Positions 9,676-18,068 are shown, counted from the first letter of the stretch. The stretch: 26,000 nt of DNA from a virus (IMGVR_UViG_3300032216_000707:1-26000), one strand, 5' to 3'. Notes: generated from the letters alone by a model not told the origin. Program-made: numbers and translations.

Positions 9676-9927
9676 ATGACATACAAATTCACAACACCCA
9701 CAATCAGTGAGGGACCTGCTGGTGAAGGGCGTCTATTCAGCCGTTATAGGCTCGTACGGGGCATTTCAGTACTTAAGATAGGTTCTACCTACTACCAAGT
9801 CAGATATCCATCCAGCGAGGATGTAAAGGCTGCTGATAAGGCATACATTGGTGGATACTCTTATGAGGTAGATGCCACAGAAAAGGCTGCCCTAGAGGCT
9901 GCCGGATATACAGTGGCTACCATATGA
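9676..9927 (+). CDS. Hypothetical protein (83 aa), possible head-associated protein
   Basis: AGGAGG SD; directly after the capsid gene. Confidence 0.75.
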   Translation: MTYKFTTPTISEGPAGEGRLFSRYRLVRGISVLKIGSTYYQVRYPSSEDVKAADKAYIGGYSYEVDATEKAALEAAGYTVATI

Positions 9928-10361
9928 GTCGCTGTTCTCATATAACAAAAGTTCTTGAATTTGGCTTTGATGAAAACCATGACTTTAAGGCAACCCTCTA
10001 TGGTTGCGTTCTTTGTGACTGGTCATCTACAGAACCATACTATGAAGAAAATATTTTCATCGATCACACTCTGTGTGGAGATGAATGCTTTGGCTGTAAA
10101 GCCAGAGGGCTACAACTAAATACAGGAGATGCAAGTTCTCAAAAGGCTATGAGCAATAAGAAATGGGATTCTGAACTCAATGAGTATCGGAAAGCCAGAT
10201 CCGAAGGTATCCAGCCAACAGGAACTAGCATGGAAAAAATCCAAGAAGCAAGAAGGGCGTCTGAGGTTATGGGTACTGCATACAATGCAGATATTCATAC
10301 TAAGACTGACTTGATTCAAAACAATACAGTAGATAAACTAAAGGAAGTAGGACTAGTCTAA
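9924..10361 (+). CDS. Hypothetical Cys-rich protein (145 aa), probable Zn-binding N-terminus
   Basis: ATGA overlap; CxH, CxxC and CxxxCxxC motifs. Confidence 0.75.
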   Translation: MSRCSHITKVLEFGFDENHDFKATLYGCVLCDWSSTEPYYEENIFIDHTLCGDECFGCKARGLQLNTGDASSQKAMSNKKWDSELNEYRKARSEGIQPTGTSMEKIQEARRASEVMGTAYNADIHTKTDLIQNNTVDKLKEVGLV

Positions 10362-10534
10362 TGGCAAAAATGGAATCATACGCAAGCAAGTCTGCAATGA
10401 AAAAGCATGAAAAAGGCGAAGGCGCAAAGATGGCTATGCAAGAAAAGAAGATGGGCATCAAAGATGTAGTCGCAAAGAAGTCAACATCAAGCAAGGCAAA
10501 GAAGTCTTCAATGGTGCGTAAGAAGGGCATGTAA
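10361..10534 (+). CDS. Small Lys/Met-rich basic protein (57 aa; not in the ORF track)
   Basis: Translated by hand: MAKMESYASKSAMKKHEKGEGAKMAMQEKKMGIKDVVAKKSTSSKAKKSSMVRKKGM. TAATG overlap; fills the gap between neighbouring genes. Confidence 0.75.
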   Translation: MAKMESYASKSAMKKHEKGEGAKMAMQEKKMGIKDVVAKKSTSSKAKKSSMVRKKGM

Positions 10535-10536
10535 TA

Positions 10537-10905
10537 ATGGCCAGTTACTATTCAAAGCCAAAAGCATCTTCTGCTTTAGATAAAATTGAAAACAAAGTAA
10601 AAGGTTTTGTATCTAACATTGGTCATGAAATTAAAGATGTTAATAGATCAAATGCAAAGTTAGAGGAACTTCAATTCCGTGCTAGAAATTATCCGCCTAA
10701 TGAATCTGCTGTTCATGGATTGGGCAGAGAGTATTATGGTCAGCAAGCAAATATAGCAAGAGATCAACTCGATAAGCAATATGGTCAACTTGCTGGTGCT
10801 GTACTTCAAGGACGTCGTTACGATGTTAATGGTAAGCAAATTACTGCAACTTCTGTCCAGCAGAAGCCATTCATTGGCCCTTTAAAACGTATAGGTAAAA
10901 AGTAA
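10537..10905 (+). CDS. Hypothetical protein (122 aa)
   Basis: TAATAATG junction; coupled to neighbours. Confidence 0.7.
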   Translation: MASYYSKPKASSALDKIENKVKGFVSNIGHEIKDVNRSNAKLEELQFRARNYPPNESAVHGLGREYYGQQANIARDQLDKQYGQLAGAVLQGRRYDVNGKQITATSVQQKPFIGPLKRIGKK

Positions 10906-11072
10906 TGAAGAAGGCTCATCCTGGATTTAAGAAAGTTGCTGCAGGTATTGCAAAGAAGCAGGGAATCTCTGTAGAACGTGCATCTGCAATTGTAGCAGCA
11001 GGTGCTCGCAACGCATCAAAGAAAGCCGTAAAAGCAAATCCACGTCTAAAAAAAGTTTCGGGGATGAAATAA
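10905..11072 (+). CDS. Small basic protein (55 aa; not in the ORF track)
   Basis: MKKAHPGFKKVAAGIAKKQGISVERASAIVAAGARNASKKAVKANPRLKKVSGMK; TAATG overlap. Confidence 0.8.
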   Translation: MKKAHPGFKKVAAGIAKKQGISVERASAIVAAGARNASKKAVKANPRLKKVSGMK

Positions 11073-11243
11073 ATGGCAGCAGCAAAAAAGGCAACTAATA
11101 AAATGACGAAAGTCATGCATGAGTTTAAAACTGGAACACTCAACTCCGGTAAGGGTGGTCCAATTGTCAAGTCTCGTAAGCAAGCAATTGCTATTGCTAT
11201 GAGCGAACAAGCACGTGCATCAAAGAAAACAAAAAAGAAATAA
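11073..11243 (+). CDS. Small basic protein, DUF6496-like (56 aa; not in the ORF track)
   Basis: MAAAKKATNKMTKVMHEFKTGTLNSGKGGPIVKSRKQAIAIAMSEQARASKKTKKK. The KVMHEFK..L.SG...VKSRKQAIAIA.SE motif is recalled as DUF6496. Confidence 0.75.
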   Translation: MAAAKKATNKMTKVMHEFKTGTLNSGKGGPIVKSRKQAIAIAMSEQARASKKTKKK

Positions 11244-11545
11244 TGGCACAGTCACCAGCATGGCAGCGTAAAGAGGGTAAGAACCCTAAAGGTGGTCTTA
11301 ATGCAAAGGGACGTGCATCTGCAAAAGCAGAAGGACATAACTTAAAAGCACCTGTCAAGGCTGGTGACAATCCACGACGTGCTTCGTTTCTTGCTCGCAT
11401 GGGAAACATGCCAGGTCCAGAACGCAAGCCAAATGGAGATCCAACACGATTACTCTTGTCACTTCAAGCATGGGGTGCATCAAGTAAAGCAGATGCTAAG
11501 AAAAAAGCAACAGCAATATCTAATAGAAATAAGAGTAAAAAATAA
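11243..11545 (+). CDS. Small basic protein, DUF6321-like (100 aa)
   Basis: SPAWQRKEGKNPKGGLNAKGRAS...RRASFLARM motif recalled as DUF6321; TAATG overlap. Confidence 0.75.
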   Translation: MAQSPAWQRKEGKNPKGGLNAKGRASAKAEGHNLKAPVKAGDNPRRASFLARMGNMPGPERKPNGDPTRLLLSLQAWGASSKADAKKKATAISNRNKSKK

Positions 11546-11889
11546 TGCCAATTGATAAATCAAAATGGGATATGACCCAAAAAGTTTCACAGTCTACTAT
11601 TGACATGATTAAAAGCATGGGAATGACAAAGGCTCTGGCAAGTGTTGCTGGTGCAAAAAAGTCATCTGCTGATGATCCAAGTGCTCGTTCATTTGTAGAA
11701 GGCGTTACTCGCCTCTATGGTGCTAATCGTGTTTCTGCTGCAATTGCATTGCAGACAAAGCCTGGATCAAATCCAGGAGCGCAAAAAATGACACCAGCAT
11801 CTAGTGGAAAAAAGATGACACCAGGACCTGGAGCACCAAAAGTTTCACTCCCAAGAACAAAAAGTAGCAAAAACTTAAAATCAATGTAA
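11545..11889 (+). CDS. Hypothetical basic protein (114 aa) with low-complexity C-terminus (KMTP x2)
   Basis: TAATG overlap; Lys/Ser/Pro-rich tail. Confidence 0.7.
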   Translation: MPIDKSKWDMTQKVSQSTIDMIKSMGMTKALASVAGAKKSSADDPSARSFVEGVTRLYGANRVSAAIALQTKPGSNPGAQKMTPASSGKKMTPGPGAPKVSLPRTKSSKNLKSM

Positions 11890-11921
11890 TTAAAGTTTTA
11901 CATATCTAAGAAAGGTCCATT

Positions 11922-12263
11922 GTGACTGGAAAATATAATTTAACTTGTAGACAGGGTAATACTTTTAATCTACAATTTACAATCTCCAATAACTCAGTTG
12001 CTTGGAACTTGACTGGATATTCAATTGTAATGACAGTAAGACCATTCGTTGGTTCTAGTACAACAGTAATTACTGCGAGTACAGCAAATGGATTAATTAC
12101 AACAGATCCATTGAATGGAAGAACTATCGTCAATATTCCAGCAACCACAACAAGTGGTTTTGATATTGGAAGACATGACTACGATATTGTCTTTACATAT
12201 GGTTCTACAGTTACAACAATTCTAGAGGGCAAGTTTATAGTTATAGCAGGGGTGACAGTATGA
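11922..12263 (+). CDS. Virion structural beta-sandwich protein (BppU-N/LtfC-like fibre-attachment domain)
   Basis: GTG start with AAAGG SD; QG.TF...F.......NLTGY...M.VR...YDI......LEGKF pattern. Confidence 0.6.
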   Translation: MTGKYNLTCRQGNTFNLQFTISNNSVAWNLTGYSIVMTVRPFVGSSTTVITASTANGLITTDPLNGRTIVNIPATTTSGFDIGRHDYDIVFTYGSTVTTILEGKFIVIAGVTV

Positions 12264-12673
12264 GTGATACAGTAGTAGTTATTGAATCAACAAGCCCACA
12301 AGTTTCTGTAAACATATCAAATGCTCAAGGTCCACAGGGTCAACAAGGTGCGCAAGGTCTTGTTCCAGTCTTTACTCGTCAAAATGATTTGTCAGTAGTA
12401 ACTGGTAAAACTCGGTTTTACTTTGAGGAATCACGCACTATCACTAAGATACGTGCAAGTGTAGGAACTGTACCAACAGGCTCAGGTGTTACAGTAGATA
12501 CTTTGGTCAATAACGTATCTATTGGAACAATTACTATTCCTGCTGGTCAAAATACAGCGACACTCGCGGTTGCAAAATCCGTAGTTGCTGGAGATTATGC
12601 AACTGTAAGTATCTTAAGTGTGGGTTCTACAACACCAGGAACCGATTTAACACTTATTCTAACAATCAATTAA
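12260..12673 (+). CDS. Virion structural protein with a short collagen-like stretch (137 aa)
   Basis: ATGA overlap; QGPQGQQGAQG followed by a beta-rich domain. Confidence 0.65.
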   Translation: MSDTVVVIESTSPQVSVNISNAQGPQGQQGAQGLVPVFTRQNDLSVVTGKTRFYFEESRTITKIRASVGTVPTGSGVTVDTLVNNVSIGTITIPAGQNTATLAVAKSVVAGDYATVSILSVGSTTPGTDLTLILTIN

Positions 12674-12683
12674 GGAGAAATAA

Positions 12684-13037
12684 ATGGCTCGTATTTCGAC
12701 AACAGAAGCGAATCAGGCACTTAGCACAACTGGTTGGTCCTATGTTTCACTACATACTGCAGATCCTGGAACAACAGGAGCAAGCGAAGTAACAGGCGGT
12801 ACATATGCACGTGTTGCCGTTGCTTGGAACTCACCATCATCTGGTTCTGTAACCAACTCTGGTGCTCTTTCAATCAACCTTCCTGCATCTACAACTGCTT
12901 CATACTTTGGAGTATGGTCTGCTTCTACTTCTGGAACTTATTATGTAGGTGGAGCACTTAGCCCATCTGTTACAACTGGTGGTTCTGCTGGTGTAGTAAG
13001 CATTGCTGCAGCAGCACTTTCAGTATCCGCTTCCTAA
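12684..13037 (+). CDS. Fibre-associated structural protein (117 aa)
   Basis: AAGGAG SD; YVSLHTADPG.TG..EV.GG.YAR motif common in phage fibre-associated proteins. Confidence 0.7.
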   Translation: MARISTTEANQALSTTGWSYVSLHTADPGTTGASEVTGGTYARVAVAWNSPSSGSVTNSGALSINLPASTTASYFGVWSASTSGTYYVGGALSPSVTTGGSAGVVSIAAAALSVSAS

Positions 13038-13052
13038 TCTAAGGAGTAACTT

Positions 13053-13292
13053 ATGACTAGTTCGTATCCAGGTAGTTTGGATTCATTAACAAATCCAACT
13101 TCAACAGATACCCTTGATTCGGCTACAGTTCCACATGCTGCACAACATGCTAATGCAAACGATGCAATTGAAAATATTGAAGCAGAACTTGGCACAAATC
13201 CAAAAGGAACCTTTGCTACTGTAGCAGCACGTCTTGCTGCAGTAAACGGAGATTCAGATCAAACAGTATTAGCAAACCAAATTTTCGGATAA
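13053..13292 (+). CDS. Short fibre-like/adapter protein (79 aa)
   Basis: AAGGAG SD; YP.SLD...NP...H...H.N.NDAI..IE.ELG fibre N-terminal-type motif plus C-terminal GDSDQ.VLA.QIF. Confidence 0.65.
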   Translation: MTSSYPGSLDSLTNPTSTDTLDSATVPHAAQHANANDAIENIEAELGTNPKGTFATVAARLAAVNGDSDQTVLANQIFG

Positions 13293-13301
13293 AGGATAAT
13301 A

Positions 13302-13664
13302 ATGGCAACTTACTCAAAGGTACTTCTATCGGCTTCATCACAAGGTCAGCCAATTACTGTTGCTGCTACTGCATCAACTGGTACAACTATCCATGCAACA
13401 GGTACATCATCATCAACAATTGATGAAGTATGGCTTTATGCTAATAATACTTCAACATCACCTGTATTGCTTACAGTTCAATTTGGTGGCACTGCGTCCC
13501 CTCAGAACGCTAAGCCAATTACTTTGCCTCCACAATCTGGAGATACTTTGATTGTTGCCGGACTTCCGCTAACAGGTGATGGTTCAGTAGCAAAGACTGT
13601 TTATGCTTTTGCTGCAACTGCTAACGTAATAACAGTATCAGGCTATGTGAATAGGATCGCTTAA
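13302..13664 (+). CDS. Virion structural beta-sandwich protein (120 aa)
   Basis: AAGGA SD; Thr/Ser-rich, IDEVWLYANN motif. Confidence 0.7.
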   Translation: MATYSKVLLSASSQGQPITVAATASTGTTIHATGTSSSTIDEVWLYANNTSTSPVLLTVQFGGTASPQNAKPITLPPQSGDTLIVAGLPLTGDGSVAKTVYAFAATANVITVSGYVNRIA

Positions 13665-14584
13665 TGGCTAATCCAACACGCAGGGGTCACACAGGTGATC
13701 CAGTAAGCCTTTCGATGCGAAGCGATAACTTCACACCTCAATCTAATACATCATGGATTCTTCCATATGGACTAAGGGTGCAACAGACTATTTCAACAAC
13801 AACTAGCAGCGTTTCAATCCCTGCTGGTATTACTTGGGTATACGCAATTGTTGTTGGCGGTGGTGCTGCTGGTACTACCACAAGCAGTGGTGGTGCAGGT
13901 GGTGTTGCATGGGGTTGGACTTTAGCAAATACTTCTTGCATTGTTGGCACTGCCGGTACTGCTGGTGGTGCTGGAAACTATTCGCGCTATGGAAATGTTA
14001 TTGCTGGTGGTGGAGGAAGTACGACTGCATCATATCTTGGTGGCAGTGCTGGTGGAACAAATGGTTCTACTGGTTCAACCAACTATTTTGGCATGCCAGG
14101 TGGCGCAACTGTTTCATCGCAGACAACAACTAATGGGTTAAATGGCAATAGTGGTTGTAGTGGCGGTAATGGTGGTAGTACATCATTTGCTGGTGGCACA
14201 GCAGGCATAGGAGGATATGGTATTTCAGCAGGTGGCGGTGGTACTGCAAGCGCAGTAAGTTCGGCTGCTCAAACTGGTGGTGCTGGCGGTGTAGGAATAG
14301 TTGCAGGTGGAGGTGGTGCTGCAAGCAATACAACGGGAGTTCGTACTGGTGGTGCTGGCGGTACGGGATTTAATATTCTTACAGGTGTAATAACAACAGG
14401 TGGGGCTGGCTCAGTTGGTACTGGAACAAATGGTGCTGGTGGTGGCGGTGGTGGTATTGCTGGAAATGGTGGAAATGCCTCTGGTACTACTGGCGGTGCT
14501 GGTGGTACGGGTGGCGGTGGCGGTGGTGCGGGCCCAATTACTGTAGGTGCTGGTGCTGCTGGTCTTGTTTATCTTTTTTATTAG
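13664..14584 (+). CDS. Glycine-rich adhesin-like protein 1 (306 aa)
   Basis: TAATG overlap; many GGxGG/GGGG segments; ends GLVYLFY. Confidence 0.75.
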   Translation: MANPTRRGHTGDPVSLSMRSDNFTPQSNTSWILPYGLRVQQTISTTTSSVSIPAGITWVYAIVVGGGAAGTTTSSGGAGGVAWGWTLANTSCIVGTAGTAGGAGNYSRYGNVIAGGGGSTTASYLGGSAGGTNGSTGSTNYFGMPGGATVSSQTTTNGLNGNSGCSGGNGGSTSFAGGTAGIGGYGISAGGGGTASAVSSAAQTGGAGGVGIVAGGGGAASNTTGVRTGGAGGTGFNILTGVITTGGAGSVGTGTNGAGGGGGGIAGNGGNASGTTGGAGGTGGGGGGAGPITVGAGAAGLVYLFY

Positions 14585-14592
14585 GAGCAAAA

Positions 14593-15432
14593 ATGACAGT
14601 TACAATTTATTCAAATTCAACATTTACTGATACCCCATATGGGTTAAAATTGCAACAAACATTTGCCACTCCAGGTACTTTTTCAGTTACTGGAATTCCT
14701 GCTGGAATTCAGAGAGTCTATGCAATTTGCATTGGTGGTGGTGGTGCGGGTTCTACTACAACCACTGGCGGTGGTGGCGGTGGCGGTGCTGGTGGATATT
14801 CTGCCGGATGGACTTGGACAACAAACACAATAACTGTTGGTGCTGGAGGCATTGGAATAAGTAGTGCTGCTACGGCTGCTGCCGGTGGTTCATCTGTTTA
14901 TGGAATGGTTTTTGCTGGTGGTGGCGGTGGTGGAGCAAACGGAATAACTGGTGGTGCAGGAGGAGGAGCAACAACTTCAATAGGTGCTGCTTCAACAGTT
15001 TCTTATACAGGTGCTCCCTCTGCTGGTACTGGCACAGTTGGTTATGGAGGAGGTGGTAGCGGTAACGCTATTGGCGGTGCTGGAGTGTCATCAGGTGGCG
15101 GTTCAGGTTTTGCTACCACATCTGGAAACGTTTCTGGCTTTGCTGGTGGTCGAGGACTTATTTGTGGTGGCGGTGGTGCTGCTGGAACATCAGGTATTGG
15201 TACAGGTGCTGCTGGAGGAACTGGCGATTTATTTGCTGGCGGTACTGGTTCTACTGGAACTGGAACTGGTTTTGGTGGTGGTGGAGGTGGAGCAGGGTAT
15301 ACAGGTGCTGGTTCCAATGCTACAACAAACAGTGGTGCAAATGGTGGTTCAGGTGGAGGTGGTGGAGGCGGTGCTTCTACACTTGGAACTGGTGGCTCAG
15401 GTGGAGCAGGCGTTGTTTATCTTTATTACTAA
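14593..15432 (+). CDS. Glycine-rich adhesin-like protein 2 (279 aa), paralog of 13664-14584
   Basis: AGGAG SD; shares PYGL..QQT, IPAGI..VYAI..GGG.AG, GWT and G.VYL.Y motifs with the preceding gene. Confidence 0.75.
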   Translation: MTVTIYSNSTFTDTPYGLKLQQTFATPGTFSVTGIPAGIQRVYAICIGGGGAGSTTTTGGGGGGGAGGYSAGWTWTTNTITVGAGGIGISSAATAAAGGSSVYGMVFAGGGGGGANGITGGAGGGATTSIGAASTVSYTGAPSAGTGTVGYGGGGSGNAIGGAGVSSGGGSGFATTSGNVSGFAGGRGLICGGGGAAGTSGIGTGAAGGTGDLFAGGTGSTGTGTGFGGGGGGAGYTGAGSNATTNSGANGGSGGGGGGGASTLGTGGSGGAGVVYLYY

Positions 15433-15441
15433 GGAGGAAAA

Positions 15442-15591
15442 ATGGTAAAGCGATACGAATATTTATCAAATTGTTGTGGACATAAATACATTGAAGTGCG
15501 TGATTCTGAAATGGAAATGATTCACCCAAAATGCAATGTATGTCAACAGGGCGAATACGAACTAACAGCAGAGACAGTATTAGAAAACTAA
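15442..15591 (+). CDS. Small zinc-ribbon-like protein (49 aa; not in the ORF track)
   Basis: Strong AAGGAGG SD; MVKRYEYLSNCCGHKYIEVRDSEMEMIHPKCNVCQQGEYELTAETVLEN. Confidence 0.75.
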   Translation: MVKRYEYLSNCCGHKYIEVRDSEMEMIHPKCNVCQQGEYELTAETVLEN

Positions 15592-15616
15592 TTTAGTAGC
15601 ATAGGAGTAATTGCCA

Positions 15617-16363
15617 ATGGCACTCTATAATGAGAGTATTGCCTATAATGCTGCTGGTGTTCAGTACAATCAGGGAGCAAGTAGTCAAACTGCTAGTGGA
15701 TCAATATCCATTACTGGTTCAGCAACAGTTACTCTTTCTTACTCAGCAACTGCTTCTGGTTCAATATCTATTAATGGTTCAGGAAGTGCAACCTATCCAT
15801 CAACTGGATCTGGAAGTTTAACATTAACTGGATCTGCAAATGATTCGCTTATATTTTCAAGTACGGGTACTGGAAATATATCATTTAGCGGAAATGCTAT
15901 AGGCATTGTTCCATCACCAACTACTGGTAGTGGCTTATTAACCATAACTGGAACTGGTACTTCTGATCAACTTTCATTTGTTGAAACTGCATCAGGAACA
16001 ATATCTATATCTGGAAATGCTTCTGTTGTACTTGTACAACCATCAACTGGTTCAGGTTCATTATCAATAATTGGAACTGCGTCTGGATCATTATCTCAGG
16101 TAGCAACTGGATCTGGATCTCTATCTATATCCGCAAGTGGAACTCAGCAACTTAAATACATTATTACAGCAGATGGTGTATTAAATCTTGATGCTACTGC
16201 AAGACCTTCTATTAATGGTTCTGGATTAATAACAATTGACTCAAGTTCAATTGCGGTATTAAAATATCCAGTATCTGCAACAGGACAACTTAATATAAAC
16301 TCAAACTCACCAAGTGTAAAACTGACCGCTGCTGGTCACGTCGGCTGGGGAATACCACTCTAA
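15617..16363 (+). CDS. Ser/Thr/Gly-rich repeat fibre protein (about 11 repeats of about 20 aa)
   Basis: AGGAG SD spacing favours ATG 15617 over TTG 15611; repeats of T[AG]SG.[IL].[IL].G. Confidence 0.7.
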   Translation: MALYNESIAYNAAGVQYNQGASSQTASGSISITGSATVTLSYSATASGSISINGSGSATYPSTGSGSLTLTGSANDSLIFSSTGTGNISFSGNAIGIVPSPTTGSGLLTITGTGTSDQLSFVETASGTISISGNASVVLVQPSTGSGSLSIIGTASGSLSQVATGSGSLSISASGTQQLKYIITADGVLNLDATARPSINGSGLITIDSSSIAVLKYPVSATGQLNINSNSPSVKLTAAGHVGWGIPL

Positions 16364-16373
16364 AGGAGAATAA

Positions 16374-17279
16374 ATGTCATCGTTTAAAGACATGGTTGAT
16401 GAAGTAAAGAGTAAACTTACAGGTTATACTCTTCGCCAAGACCGAATTAGTTATGTTGCAAATACTGATGGAATAACCACATCAACAGCAGCAATTCAAA
16501 TTGGATCATCTGAAAACCTTGGAAAAGGAATTATAGAAATTGATGATGAACTTATCTGGGTTGATTCTTTCAGCAAGTCAACATCTACGCTAAACGTAAT
16601 TCCTGGCTTTGGTCGTGGTTATCAAAATACAACAGCAACTCCACATTCTCAATACTCTCCAGTAACTATTGCACCAACATTCCCAAGAGTTCAAATTAAA
16701 AAAGCAATCAATGATGCAATCAATGCTTCTTATCCTAAACTATGGGCAACTGCCACAAAGACATTTTCCTATAGCAGTGTTGTAAATACATATGCTATTC
16801 CAGATGATGCTCAATATATCATTGGTGTTTCCTATCAGGAAATTGGACCAACTAAAGAATGGAAGCCAGTAAAGGGTTGGACTCTTGACCCAATGGCAAA
16901 TATAAGTGCATTCAATTCTGGCAATACAATTACAATTAAAGATACAAGAATTCCACCTGGACGAACAGTTCAAGTTACCTACATTATGAAACCAAATACT
17001 CTTACTGGTGATTCAGAAGACTTTACTGATGTAAGTGGTTTGCCTCAGTCAAGTGAAGATGTAATTATTCTTGGAGCAGTTGCTCGTCTATTAACATTTG
17101 TTGATCCGGGTCGTGCAACATTAACTTCTGCAGAAGCAGATCTAGCGGATTCGAAGATTCCAGTAGGAACAATTACGAACTCTGCAAAATATATTTATGC
17201 TCTTTATCAACAAAGACTTCAAGAAGAATCTGATAAATTGCTTGGCAAGTATCCAGTACGAGTCCACTACACCCGCTAA
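16374..17279 (+). CDS. Putative head-tail adaptor / tail tubular protein A-like (301 aa)
   Basis: AAGGAG SD; helical N-terminus, IKKAINDAI...YP motif, C-terminal DVIILGAVARLL helix; position before fibre and nozzle genes. Confidence 0.6.
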   Translation: MSSFKDMVDEVKSKLTGYTLRQDRISYVANTDGITTSTAAIQIGSSENLGKGIIEIDDELIWVDSFSKSTSTLNVIPGFGRGYQNTTATPHSQYSPVTIAPTFPRVQIKKAINDAINASYPKLWATATKTFSYSSVVNTYAIPDDAQYIIGVSYQEIGPTKEWKPVKGWTLDPMANISAFNSGNTITIKDTRIPPGRTVQVTYIMKPNTLTGDSEDFTDVSGLPQSSEDVIILGAVARLLTFVDPGRATLTSAEADLADSKIPVGTITNSAKYIYALYQQRLQEESDKLLGKYPVRVHYTR

Positions 17280-17288
17280 GGAAAATAA

Positions 17289-18068
17289 ATGACAAGACAA
17301 TACTCAAGTACAAGTGTTACAACAACACTCAATCTAAACTTAACAGCAAGTGCAACATCAATGAGCGTTGCTACTGGAACTGGTTCAGCACTTCTTGGCG
17401 GAGTTAGTCTTGCTGCTGGAAACGTAGATCAATTTACAGTTGCAATTGATCCTGATACAACAAATGAAGAAATTGTATTTGTAACATATGCATCTGGTGA
17501 CTCCTTTACAATTGTTCGTGGTAGGGCTGGAAGCAGTGCAACAACGCATCTTCCTGGTGCAACTGTTAAACATGTATTGACAAGTGACGATTTGACATAC
17601 TTTAAGAATGGTATTGTTACAGATACGATTACAGCAAAGGGTGATTTAATTGCTGGAACTGGAACAAACACATTCTCAAAACTTGCTATTGGAACTGATG
17701 CTCAGGTTCTTACTGCTGATTCAACATCAACAACAGGTTTAAAGTGGTCAACTGCAAGTACAATATCAATTAACTCTCAAGCGGGACCAACATACACTCT
17801 TGTATCAACAGACAATAACAAAGTTGTTCTTATGACAAACTCTGCTTCTCAAACAGTTACTGTTCCATCTGGAGTATTTTCTGCTGGAAATGTTATAAGT
17901 GTTGTTCAAACTGGAACGGGTCAAGTTACACTTGCTCCAGGATCTGGTGTAACAATAACATCAAATGCCATAACAACATCTTCACCTAAAATTCGTCTTC
18001 AATATTCTGCTGCTTCTGTTATTTGTACTGCTCCAAATACATTTTCAATTGTAGGTGATTTACTGTAA
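17289..18068 (+). CDS. Tail fibre protein (259 aa)
   Basis: ITAKGDLIAGTG...LAIGTDAQVLTADS...GLKW fibre shaft motif; C-terminal YTLV.TD....V.Q.G.GQVT...GDL domain. Confidence 0.75.
   Translation: MTRQYSSTSVTTTLNLNLTASATSMSVATGTGSALLGGVSLAAGNVDQFTVAIDPDTTNEEIVFVTYASGDSFTIVRGRAGSSATTHLPGATVKHVLTSDDLTYFKNGIVTDTITAKGDLIAGTGTNTFSKLAIGTDAQVLTADSTSTTGLKWSTASTISINSQAGPTYTLVSTDNNKVVLMTNSASQTVTVPSGVFSAGNVISVVQTGTGQVTLAPGSGVTITSNAITTSSPKIRLQYSAASVICTAPNTFSIVGDLL

Noticed and set aside
9590-9680. Programmed frameshift or readthrough extending the capsid protein (T7 10B-like)
   Set aside because: I saw no slippery heptamer before the stop, and further stops follow immediately (TAATTAAGTAG).
8178-11427. 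Minus-strand ORFs opposite scaffold, capsid and basic-protein genes
   Set aside because: They are antisense shadows of tightly coupled plus-strand genes.
13664-15432. Diversity-generating retroelement TR/VR pair
   Set aside because: There is no reverse transcriptase in the window, and I saw no near-identical ~100-bp repeats differing only at adenines.
13834-15485. Trp/Cys-rich, Val/Leu-rich and Pro-rich alternative-frame ORFs
   Set aside because: These are shadows of GGT/GCT/ACT codon runs in the Gly-rich genes, with no independent support.
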